Below the pieces are notes generated by a model. It was not told the origin of the DNA. It searched no databases and was given only the letters and a program-made list of their open reading frames with translations. Positions 53,854-62,850 of a stretch of DNA of 64,000 nucleotides are shown piece by piece. The DNA lies in contig CAVPOM010000005.1 in NCBI GenBank assembly GCA_963707025.1, positions 320,001-384,000 on the forward strand, read 5' to 3'. The translations under genes and the position numbers were made by a program. The stretch comes from an uncultured Verrucomicrobiae bacterium (GTDB lineage: Bacteria > Verrucomicrobiota > Verrucomicrobiia > Limisphaerales > Palsa-1400). The stretch's first letter is position 1, and each line of letters starts with the position of its first letter.

Positions 53854-56310
53854 ATGAATGCCATCACTCACTCCCGTCCTCTCGCCACCCTCTGCCTTGT
53901 CGCGTCCATGACGGCGGCGGTTGGCCAGGTTACCGTGGTTGAACATCCAGCCTCAACCTCGACCAACTCGTTCTACGTGGGCAATCGTCCGCCGCTGGCG
54001 CCCTCTCCGTTTGCCAAGCTTCCCATCGGCGCCATTACCCCGCGCGGCTGGCTGCGCCATCAACTGGAATTGGAACGCGATGGCATGACCGGCCACCTGG
54101 AGCAGATCTCGCCCTGGCTGGATTTCACCAGAAGTTCGTGGGCGGACCCGCAGGGCCGCGGCAAGTTCGGCTGGGAGGAATTGCCCTATTGGCTCAAGGG
54201 CTACGGCGATCTGGGTTACGTGCTCAAAGACCAAGCCATCAAAGCGGAGGCGAAAAAGTGGATTGAAGCCGTGCTGGCCAGCCAGCGCGAGGACGGCTGG
54301 TTCGGCCCGCGCGAATTGCTCACCAGCCTGAACGGCAAGCCCGATCTTTGGCCGCACATGATCATGCTCAACGTCCTTCAGTCCTGGTACGGGGCGACCG
54401 GCGATCCGCGCGTCATCCAGTTGATGGACCGCTATTTCAAATGGGAGAACGCGTTGCCCGTCAGCGCCTTTGGCGAAGGTTACTGGCCGAAAATCCGGTT
54501 CGGCGACAACCTCGAGAGCGTTTTCTGGCTTTACAACCGCACGGGCGAACCGTGGCTGCCCGACTTGGCGCGCAAGATTAACGCCGGCATGGCGCGTTGG
54601 GACCAGGACGTCATCAATTGGCACAACGTCAATATCGGGCAGGGTTTTCGCGCGGGCACGGAGTTCTGGATGCTCTCGCAGGACCCCGGCCATCTCGCCT
54701 CGGCCGAACGCAATTACCAAAAGATTTTCACCACCTACGGCCAGTTTCCCGGCGGCGGTTTTGTCGGCGACGAAAATTCGCGCCCCGGTTACACCGACCC
54801 GCGCGGCGGCATCGAAACGTGCGGGATTGTCGAACTGATGCACAGTTTCGAGATGCTGACCAAGATCACCGGCCAGCCAGTGTGGGCGGATCGTTGCGAG
54901 GAGATCGCGTTCAACACCTTCCCCGCCGCCCTGACGCCGGACGAAAAGGCGCTGCACTACATCACTTGCGCCAACCAGATTCAGCTCGACCGCCGCAACA
55001 AGTCGCCCGAGCTTCAGAACAGCGGCACGATGGTATCCTACAGCCCGTTTGAGGTTTATCGTTGCTGTCAGCATAATGTTTCGCACGGCTGGCCTTATTA
55101 CGCCGAGGAACTTTGGCTGGCCACGCCGGACAACGGCCTGTGCGCTTCGCTCTACGCCGCCTGCGAAGTCAGCGCCCAGGCCGGGAACGCGGCCGCCGTC
55201 AAAATCACCGAAGAAACAGATTACCCTTTTCGGGACACCATCAAACTCAGAATCGAGACCGCCCGACCCGCGAAGTTCCCACTCTATCTGCGGGTGCCGC
55301 GCTGGTGCGAGGCGGCGGAGGTGAGCGTCAATGGAGAGGCAGCCGGCGTGAAGTCCAATCCACTGGCGTATATCCGGCTGGAACGGGAGTGGCGTGGCGG
55401 AGACACCGTGACCTTGCGATTACCCATGAAGCTGGCCGTGCATCAGTGGCACAAAAACCAGGACGCCGTGTCGGTGGACTTCGGCCCGTTGAGTTTCTCG
55501 CTGGCGATCCAGGAGCGGTTCGCTTCCTACGGCACGCGCAATCCCAACTGGCCGGAGTGGGAAGTGTTTCCGGACTCGCCTTGGAACTATGGATTGGTCC
55601 TCGACGAGCAAAACCCCGCCTCCTCCTTCAAAGTAATTCAAACCGATGGGCCGCTGGCGGCGCAGCCGTTCACGCCGGAAACGGCCCCCATGAAACTGGA
55701 GGCCACGGGCCGGCGCATCCCCGGCTGGCAGGCCGATGCCAACAGTGTCATCGGCAAACTCCAGCCCAGCCCCGTGAAATCCGGCCAGCCGGACGAGAAG
55801 ATCACGCTCATTCCCATGGGCGCCGCTCGTTTGCGTGTCGCAATGTTTCCAGTGATTGGCTCCGGCCCCGGCGCCCACGAGTGGAGAGTGACGGCTTGGA
55901 AAGCAAGCGCCTCCCACACCTTCGAGGGCGATACGCTGGAGGCGTTGCAGGACGGCCTGGAACCCGCCAACTCCAACGACCACAACATCCCGCGCTTTAC
56001 GTGGTGGGACCACCGCGGCACCAAGGAATGGGTGCAATTGGATTTCCCGCAGCCGAAAAACGTGTCCTCGGTTGAAGTGTATTGGTTCGACGACACCGGC
56101 CAGGGCGAGTGCCGCCTGCCCGCCTCGTGGCGTTTGCTCTATCGCGATGGGACAGCATGGAAGGAAGTGGCAGAACCGGCCGTCATGCCGGTGACGGCGG
56201 ATCAATGGAATCCCCTCTCCTTCCGTCCAGTCGAAACGACGGCGTTGAGGATCGAAGCGCAGCTGCGACCCGGCTTTTCAGGGGGTCTTTTGGGCTGGAA
56301 GGTCAAATGA
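53854..56310 (+). CDS. GH127/GH146-like beta-L-arabinofuranosidase with C-terminal F5/8-type C domain
   Basis: Signal peptide, GWEELPYWL, WHNVNIG, ETCGIVE and CCQHNV; clear paralogue of 45928. Confidence 0.88.
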   Translation: MNAITHSRPLATLCLVASMTAAVGQVTVVEHPASTSTNSFYVGNRPPLAPSPFAKLPIGAITPRGWLRHQLELERDGMTGHLEQISPWLDFTRSSWADPQGRGKFGWEELPYWLKGYGDLGYVLKDQAIKAEAKKWIEAVLASQREDGWFGPRELLTSLNGKPDLWPHMIMLNVLQSWYGATGDPRVIQLMDRYFKWENALPVSAFGEGYWPKIRFGDNLESVFWLYNRTGEPWLPDLARKINAGMARWDQDVINWHNVNIGQGFRAGTEFWMLSQDPGHLASAERNYQKIFTTYGQFPGGGFVGDENSRPGYTDPRGGIETCGIVELMHSFEMLTKITGQPVWADRCEEIAFNTFPAALTPDEKALHYITCANQIQLDRRNKSPELQNSGTMVSYSPFEVYRCCQHNVSHGWPYYAEELWLATPDNGLCASLYAACEVSAQAGNAAAVKITEETDYPFRDTIKLRIETARPAKFPLYLRVPRWCEAAEVSVNGEAAGVKSNPLAYIRLEREWRGGDTVTLRLPMKLAVHQWHKNQDAVSVDFGPLSFSLAIQERFASYGTRNPNWPEWEVFPDSPWNYGLVLDEQNPASSFKVIQTDGPLAAQPFTPETAPMKLEATGRRIPGWQADANSVIGKLQPSPVKSGQPDEKITLIPMGAARLRVAMFPVIGSGPGAHEWRVTAWKASASHTFEGDTLEALQDGLEPANSNDHNIPRFTWWDHRGTKEWVQLDFPQPKNVSSVEVYWFDDTGQGECRLPASWRLLYRDGTAWKEVAEPAVMPVTADQWNPLSFRPVETTALRIEAQLRPGFSGGLLGWKVK

Positions 56311-56351
56311 TCATCTCCTTGAAAAAGGATTCAAAATGGCGGGAGAAGAAT

Positions 56352-56369
56352 GTGGCCATTTTATGCCAC
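56352..56369. promoter_or_regulatory. 18-bp operator, copy 4
   Basis: GTGGCCATTTTATGCCAC; -10-like TAAGCT at 56393-56398; ATG at 56406. Confidence 0.7.
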
Positions 56370-56405
56370 GTGACTTGGCGAAACCGGCGCGCTAAGCTGT
56401 GACCA

Positions 56406-58952
56406 ATGAAGACCCGATTCTTAATCCCTGCGGCCGCCGTCATCTTCGGAATGATCCACGCTTCCGCGCAGTCCTTCCGGCCGCCTTCTGTGCCGCTGGT
56501 GACGTTTGATCCGTATCTGAGCATCTGGTCGGCCGCCGATCACCTGACGGACCGCGCGACGCAACACTGGACCAGGCGACCGCAGTCCCTGGTCAGTCTC
56601 ATTCGCGTGGATGGCGCCGCCTTCCGCCTCATGGGGAATGAGCCGGATTCCGCGCCCGCCTTGCCGCAAACCGGCTTGAAAGTCACCCCCACCCGCAGCA
56701 TCTACGATTTCGAGAACGATAAAATTCACGTGACGCTGGTATTTATGCGGCCGGCCCTGCCGGACGATTTGGACGCCCTGGCGCTGCCGTTGAATTATCT
56801 CACCTGGGAAGTTCGCTCCGTGGATGGCAGGGAACACGCCGTCTTCCTCTACGACAGCACCAGTTCCCAACTGGCCGTCAACAAGAATGACGAACCGGTG
56901 CAATGGCAGCGCGGCAAGGCCTGGGACCTCACGACTCTCCGCGTGGGCACGGTCGAGCAGGACGTGTTGGGGTCGAGCGGAGACGACCATCGCATTAACT
57001 GGGGCTATGCCTACGCCGCCGCCGGCGCCCAAGCCAAGGCCGCCATCGGGGCGGACAAAGCGCTGCTGGACGCGTTCGTCGCTGACGGCGCCCTCCCTGC
57101 CGCGGATGACGCGCGCATGCCGCGGGCGGTGAACGATGAACAACCCGTCTTGGCGTTTGTTTTCGACCTCGGCAAGGTCTCCGCCGCTCCGGTCGCCCGG
57201 CAAGTCATGGTGGCCTACGACGAAATCTTCGCCATCAATTATTTTGGCCGCAAGCTGTTGCCGTATTGGAAGCGCAACGGAGCCACCGTCGAACAAATGC
57301 TGGAAAAAGCGGCGCGCGACTATCCGCAGTTGGCCCGTCGTTGCGCGGAATTTGACGCGCAACTGACGGCCGACGCCACCAAGACCGGCGGGGCCAAGTA
57401 CGCGCAGATGTGCGCGCTGGCTTACCGGCAATGCGCCTGCGCCTGCGGCTTGGCCGCCGATGCCAACAAGCAGCCGCTTTTCTTCACCAAGGAGAACACG
57501 AGCAATGGTGACATTGCCACGGTGGATGTGTTCTTTCCGATGGACCCGCAATGGCTGCTGCTCAGCCCGGCTCTGGCCAAGGCGACGCTGGTTCCCATCC
57601 TGAGTTACGCGGCCAGTTGGCACTGGAAGTTTCCCAACGCACCCCACGACCTCGGCACCTACCCCATCGCGCGCGGCACCGATGACGGCGGCGAAGGCAT
57701 GCCGGTGGAAGAAAGCGGCAATATGCTCATCCTCTGCGATGCCGTCTCGCAATTGGACGGAAACACGCGCTTCGTTGATCCGTGGTGGCCCAAGCTGACT
57801 CAATGGGCCGGGTACCTGGAAGATTACGGATTGGACCCGGAAAACCAGCTCTGCACCGATGACTTCATGGGCAAACTCGCCCACAACGCCAACCTTTCCG
57901 TCAAAGCCATTTTGGGTCTGGCCTGCTACGGGGATATGTGCCGCTTGCGCGGCGACACGGCCGGCGCGGACAAATATCGTCAAATGGCCAAAGCGGATGC
58001 CGCGCACTGGCTAACAGCCGCGGCCGATGGCGACCACTTCCGGCTGGCCTTCGACAAGCCGGGCACCTGGAGCCAGAAGTACAATCTCGTTTGGGATCGT
58101 ATTCTTGGGTTGAACGTGTTTCCGCCGGAAGTGGCGCAAAAGGAAATCGCCCATTACAAAACAGTGCTGCAACGCTTTGGACTCCCGTTGGATTCGCGGA
58201 AAAACATAACCAAGACGGATTGGTCGCTTTGGAGCGCCACCCTGGCCGAAAACCAGGCCGACTTCGAGACGTTGATTTCGCCCATTACCGATTACCTCAA
58301 CCAAACCACGGCTCGCTCCCCTTTTGTCAATTCCTACAACACGGATAACGTTCGCAGTGACGGCATGCATGCGCGTCCCGTCATCGGTGGCGTCTTCATC
58401 AAAATGCTCGCCGATCGCGCTCTGTGGACCAAATGGGCCGGCGCCGATAAAACCAAAGTCGGCGACTGGGCGCCGCTGCCGGAGCCGCCAAAAATCGTGG
58501 AGGTGGTTCCGACCTCACAAAAGTCGGCGCTGCTTTGGCGTTACACGACCAACCGGCCGGCGGGTGATTGGACCAAGCCCAAGTTCGACGCCTCCTCATG
58601 GAAGGAAGGCCCCGCCAGTTTCGGCACCGCCGGGACCCCGGGCGCGGTGGTGCGAACCCGCTGGGACACTGATGACATTTGGCTGCGGCGCCAAATCACG
58701 CTGCCGGACCAGCCTTACCGCGGCCTTCAGTTCTATGTTGATCACGACGAAGATGTGGAAATTTATGTCAATGACATTCTGGCGGCGAAGGCAGGAGGAT
58801 TTACCACCGGCTATGTGACTTTGGCCATCCGGCCTGCTGCCCGCGCGCTGCTCCAGCCAAACGCCACGGTCACTCTGGCCGTGCATTGCCACCAAACCAC
58901 AGGAGGCCAGAACATAGACGTTGGGCTGGCCGACATCGTGGACCCGGAGTAG
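56406..58952 (+). CDS. 'Glutaminase A'-family (DUF4965/DUF1793-like) six-hairpin protein with C-terminal beta-sandwich module
   Basis: RPPSVPLVTFDPYLSIWS, KENTSNG..ATVDV, PHDLGTYP, MPVEESGNM, QLCTDDF.G, WSQKYNL and ARPVIGG. Confidence 0.85.
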   Translation: MKTRFLIPAAAVIFGMIHASAQSFRPPSVPLVTFDPYLSIWSAADHLTDRATQHWTRRPQSLVSLIRVDGAAFRLMGNEPDSAPALPQTGLKVTPTRSIYDFENDKIHVTLVFMRPALPDDLDALALPLNYLTWEVRSVDGREHAVFLYDSTSSQLAVNKNDEPVQWQRGKAWDLTTLRVGTVEQDVLGSSGDDHRINWGYAYAAAGAQAKAAIGADKALLDAFVADGALPAADDARMPRAVNDEQPVLAFVFDLGKVSAAPVARQVMVAYDEIFAINYFGRKLLPYWKRNGATVEQMLEKAARDYPQLARRCAEFDAQLTADATKTGGAKYAQMCALAYRQCACACGLAADANKQPLFFTKENTSNGDIATVDVFFPMDPQWLLLSPALAKATLVPILSYAASWHWKFPNAPHDLGTYPIARGTDDGGEGMPVEESGNMLILCDAVSQLDGNTRFVDPWWPKLTQWAGYLEDYGLDPENQLCTDDFMGKLAHNANLSVKAILGLACYGDMCRLRGDTAGADKYRQMAKADAAHWLTAAADGDHFRLAFDKPGTWSQKYNLVWDRILGLNVFPPEVAQKEIAHYKTVLQRFGLPLDSRKNITKTDWSLWSATLAENQADFETLISPITDYLNQTTARSPFVNSYNTDNVRSDGMHARPVIGGVFIKMLADRALWTKWAGADKTKVGDWAPLPEPPKIVEVVPTSQKSALLWRYTTNRPAGDWTKPKFDASSWKEGPASFGTAGTPGAVVRTRWDTDDIWLRRQITLPDQPYRGLQFYVDHDEDVEIYVNDILAAKAGGFTTGYVTLAIRPAARALLQPNATVTLAVHCHQTTGGQNIDVGLADIVDPE

Positions 58953-59014
58953 TTGATTCTTGCCATCCTCACGCGGCGGTTGTTAACTGCCGATGATTTG
59001 CCTGCGGTTGAGGT

Positions 59015-62000
59015 ATGTTCAGACCGAATCGAGTTCTTCCACCGGCGGCCGTGTGGCGTGGCGTCGTTTCCGCTCAGTCGCGCCGACACCACTTTTGCGC
59101 CTTGCTTTTCGCAGTGGCGCTGGCGGGTTTGGCCTTTCCCGGCAGAAGCGACGACCTCGGGGCGGAACTGCGGGACTTTTCTCTCCGAACTTGGAGCAAG
59201 GCGGACGGCCTGCCCGACGGTTCGGTGACGGTGATCCTGCAAACTCAGGATGGTTACTTGTGGGTTGGAACGGCGGCGGGCTTGGCGCGCTTTGACGGAA
59301 TTAAGTTTGCCGGGGTGGACTTGCGCAAAGACCGCCGGGATCGGCCCGCCGCCATCACGGCGATGTGTGAAGACGCAACTGGCGCACTGTGGATTGGCAC
59401 CGAAGATCGGGGCATCTTTCGCTGGCAGGACGGCCAACTGCAACACTTCGGCGCGGCGGACGGATTGCTGGATGAAAATGTGACCAGCCTGACGTTGGAT
59501 TCCGGGGGCCAGTTATGGATCGGCACCAAGCGCGGCGTCAACCGCCGCGACGGGACCCGGTTTGTGGCGTTTACCACAGCGGACGGTTTGCCGGATAATT
59601 CGGTTTCCAGCGTCCACGCCGCCAGATCGGGCACGATCTGGATCACTACCGCCGGGGGCATGTGTCGTTTCGTGGATGGCCGGATCAGCCGGTTTGAGTT
59701 CCCCACCACCGGCCAGGAACGGCAGGAGGGATTCCTCGGGGCCTACGAGGACTGCCGGGGCAACCTGTGGGCGTTTTACGCCACCTACCTGATCAATCTG
59801 GCCGAAGGCAACAAACGCATCAACTACTTCCCAGGCGAGAAATCGGCCATGACGCGCATCTGGAGCTTGTGCGAAGGCCGCAGCGGGCGGTTGTGGATTG
59901 GCGCCAGCGGACGCGGCGTCTTCTGCTTCGATGGAACCAAGTTTCAACCCGTCACCCTCAACGAAGGCCACTGGCCCAACGACGTGCGCACCATTTGCGA
60001 GGACCACGAAGGCAATCTTTGGCTCGGAATTTCGGACGGCGTTCTGGTGCAATTGCGACTGCAACGATTTGCCTTGCTGACCGGCGACCGTGGACTGCCC
60101 GCCGACGCGGCCGCCTGCCTGATGGCCGATTCGCTGGGCCGCGTCTATGTCGGCATGGACTCGGGCGGCTTATACGTCAGCATCGGCGATCGCTTTGAGA
60201 AAGTGAGCGATGACACCAAATGGCTCGGCCAGGACCTGGTTGCCTCCGCTTGCGCCCAACCCGACGGCAGCCTCTGGGTGGGCACGACTGGCAGCGGCCT
60301 TTACCATATCAAGGATGGACGATCCGTGGTTTATTCCACGGCCAACGGCCTGTCGGACAACTGCGTCCTGGCGGTCTGCGCCGACGCGCAAGGAGCTGTT
60401 TGGGCCGGCACGCGGGCGGGAACCTTGCACCTGTTCAAGGACGGCAAAGTGTCCACCTTCACCAGCGCCGACGGGTTGCCTGGCCCGGCTATTACCGCAC
60501 TCTTGCCCGCACGCCAAGGTGGACTTTGGATCGGGACGGACCACGGGATGCTTCTCCATGGCGACGAGGCATTCCGCAACGTGACCGTGGCCAAATTGGC
60601 CCCGAAACTTGGCCGCAAGGCAATTCTCGGATTGTGCGAGGGACCGGACCAGTCTATTTGGGTCGGCAGCGCCGGCGGAGGGCTGGGATGCCTGGCAGGC
60701 AATCGCTGCCTGGCTTGGGACAACCGGGATGGCCTGCCGGATGACGTTGTCTCTGCGGTTGTCGAGGACACAGAGGCCAACCTCTGGCTGGTCATGCCCC
60801 GCGGCTTGTGTCGCATCGCCAGCAACTCGGTCGCATCCGCTCTGGCCGGGCGTGGTGCGCTCAAAGCTAAATTGCTGTTTGAGACCGAGACCGGGCCTGA
60901 TCGGGTGCTGAATCTGGGCTGGCCGAAGGCAGTGCGTTCGTCCGAAGGCCGGCTTTGGTTCGCCACCGCCAGCGGCCTGGTCGGCATTGATCCCCACGGC
61001 TGGGAAGGGGAAAACCCGGCACCGCAGGTTCATATCGAGGCCGTTTACATTAACAACGAATTAACTCCGCTGGCCGCGCCAAAACAGGGCCGCGCCGCCA
61101 GCCTCATGGCGGCGCCGGTGCCATTCCCTGCCGGCCTGCACTCGCTGGAATTTCAAGTCACCGGGTTGAGCTTCGAAGCCCCGGAGCGGATCCGTTTTCG
61201 CCACAAGTTGGATGGATTCGACACGGATTGGGTGGAAACAGGGCCGGAACGGCGAGTGCCATACGGACGGCTGCCGAGCGGGTCTTACACATTTCATGTG
61301 ACCGCTTGCAACGCCGAGGGCGTTTGGAACGGGCAAGGTGCCAGCCTGGCCTTTATCATCCCGGCTCCGCTCTGGCGCGCTCCCTGGGCGCTGGCTCTTT
61401 ACGGCTTGGCCGCTGCGAGCGCCGCTTTCGGCGCGATGCGCCTGGTTTCCCATCGGCGGCTGCAACGCCGTCTGGCGGGGTTGGAGCACCAGCGGGCGAT
61501 GGAGCGGGAGCGCATGCGCATCGCCCGGAACATGCATGACGAAATCGGCTCCAAACTCACCAAGATTTCCTTTCTCAGTGAACGCCTCAAGGTGGAGTCC
61601 AAGCCCACCGGACCGGCGGGCGACAAAGTTGATTCCATCGCAACCACCTCGCGCGATTTGCTCAAGGCCTTGGACGAAATGGTGTGGGTCGTCAACCCGC
61701 ACAATGACACCTTGGAAAACCTGGCTTCTTATTTGAGCCAGTACGCCAGGGAGTACTTTCAAGACACTCCCGTCGAATGCCATTTGCGGGTGCAGAGCGA
61801 ATTCCCGCCGTTGAGCATGTCCGCTGAATATCGGCACAACGTCTTTCTGGCTTTCGAGGAGTCTTTAAGCAATGTCCTCAAACACGCCCGCGCCTCGCGC
61901 GTCGAGGTGCATATTCAAGTCGAGTCGGGCATCTTGCGCATCCGCATCAGCGACAACGGACTTGGTTTTGCCCCTGGCGCGGGCAATAGCCCTGGCGCGG

Positions 62001-62215
62001 GCAATAGCCCTGGCGCGGGTAATGGCCCTGGCGCGGGTAATGGCCCTGGCGCGGGCAATGGCCATGGCGCGGGCGGCGGCCGCGACGGCCTGACCAATAT
62101 GCGCCAGCACCTGGCCGATGTGGGAGGCAGTTGCTTCATCCAGAGCCGGCCGGGCCAGGGCGCCAGCGTGGAGTTGCAAGTGGCCCTGGCTTCAGGCCAC
62201 ACGGAAGACCCATGA
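59015..62215 (+). CDS. Sensor histidine kinase with periplasmic beta-propeller (Reg_prop) and Y_Y_Y domains, HisKA_3 type
   Basis: Repeated DGL.../G.LWIGT motifs, RHKLDGFD.DW, a TM helix, ERMRIARNMHDEIG, NVLKHA and DNGLGF. Confidence 0.92.
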   Translation: MFRPNRVLPPAAVWRGVVSAQSRRHHFCALLFAVALAGLAFPGRSDDLGAELRDFSLRTWSKADGLPDGSVTVILQTQDGYLWVGTAAGLARFDGIKFAGVDLRKDRRDRPAAITAMCEDATGALWIGTEDRGIFRWQDGQLQHFGAADGLLDENVTSLTLDSGGQLWIGTKRGVNRRDGTRFVAFTTADGLPDNSVSSVHAARSGTIWITTAGGMCRFVDGRISRFEFPTTGQERQEGFLGAYEDCRGNLWAFYATYLINLAEGNKRINYFPGEKSAMTRIWSLCEGRSGRLWIGASGRGVFCFDGTKFQPVTLNEGHWPNDVRTICEDHEGNLWLGISDGVLVQLRLQRFALLTGDRGLPADAAACLMADSLGRVYVGMDSGGLYVSIGDRFEKVSDDTKWLGQDLVASACAQPDGSLWVGTTGSGLYHIKDGRSVVYSTANGLSDNCVLAVCADAQGAVWAGTRAGTLHLFKDGKVSTFTSADGLPGPAITALLPARQGGLWIGTDHGMLLHGDEAFRNVTVAKLAPKLGRKAILGLCEGPDQSIWVGSAGGGLGCLAGNRCLAWDNRDGLPDDVVSAVVEDTEANLWLVMPRGLCRIASNSVASALAGRGALKAKLLFETETGPDRVLNLGWPKAVRSSEGRLWFATASGLVGIDPHGWEGENPAPQVHIEAVYINNELTPLAAPKQGRAASLMAAPVPFPAGLHSLEFQVTGLSFEAPERIRFRHKLDGFDTDWVETGPERRVPYGRLPSGSYTFHVTACNAEGVWNGQGASLAFIIPAPLWRAPWALALYGLAAASAAFGAMRLVSHRRLQRRLAGLEHQRAMERERMRIARNMHDEIGSKLTKISFLSERLKVESKPTGPAGDKVDSIATTSRDLLKALDEMVWVVNPHNDTLENLASYLSQYAREYFQDTPVECHLRVQSEFPPLSMSAEYRHNVFLAFEESLSNVLKHARASRVEVHIQVESGILRIRISDNGLGFAPGAGNSPGAGNSPGAGNGPGAGNGPGAGNGHGAGGGRDGLTNMRQHLADVGGSCFIQSRPGQGASVELQVALASGHTEDP
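61972..62074 (+). repeat. In-frame 18-bp tandem repeat (5 units plus a partial) encoding PGAGN(S/G)
   Basis: ccctggcgcggg(c/t)aat(a/g)g x5, then ccatggcgcgggc. Confidence 0.92.
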
Positions 62216-62850
62216 GCAAAGTCGTCACCATTGCCATCGTGGATGATTCTTCGGACCTGCGGGAAAATATTGGCGGCTATCTCGGGGCCTTCCCGGAATT
62301 CCGCTGCCTCAGTGCCTACGCCAGCGCGCGCGAAGCCCTGGAAGGACTGCCCAAAAATCCGCCGGAGGTCGTCCTGATGGATATCAACCTGGGGGAACAC
62401 GCCACCGACGGCATTGAATGCGTGCGCGCTTTGAAAACCCTGCTGCCCGGCGTTCTGGTCGTGATGTTGACGGTGTTTGAGGACACCGAAAAAATCTTTC
62501 GGGCCTTGGCGGCGGGCGCCAGCGGCTACCTGCTCAAACGGCAGCGGCCGGAGGAATTGCTGGCGGCGATTCGCGAAGTCGTGGCGGGAGGCGCGCCCAT
62601 GTCCACCTCCATCGCCCGCAAGGTGGTCCGGTCCTTTCAATCCGCCCCGCCGCAGGGAAGGGAATCAGCCGAACTGTCGCCCCGCGAATTGGAGGTGTTG
62701 CAAGCCCTGGCGCAAGGCCTGGCCTACAAACAAATCGCCGATCAACTCAACGTCAGCATTCACACCGTCCGCAATTATATCCGGCGCGTTTACGAGAAAC
62801 TGCACGTTCGTTCCCGGACTGCGGCGGTGGTCAAATTCCTCAATAAATGA
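62212..62850 (+). CDS. NarL/LuxR family response regulator
   Basis: IVDD, VLMDINL, GYLLK and the HTH LSPRELEVL...IYEKL-type C-terminus (VYEKLHV). Confidence 0.93.
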   Translation: MSKVVTIAIVDDSSDLRENIGGYLGAFPEFRCLSAYASAREALEGLPKNPPEVVLMDINLGEHATDGIECVRALKTLLPGVLVVMLTVFEDTEKIFRALAAGASGYLLKRQRPEELLAAIREVVAGGAPMSTSIARKVVRSFQSAPPQGRESAELSPRELEVLQALAQGLAYKQIADQLNVSIHTVRNYIRRVYEKLHVRSRTAAVVKFLNK

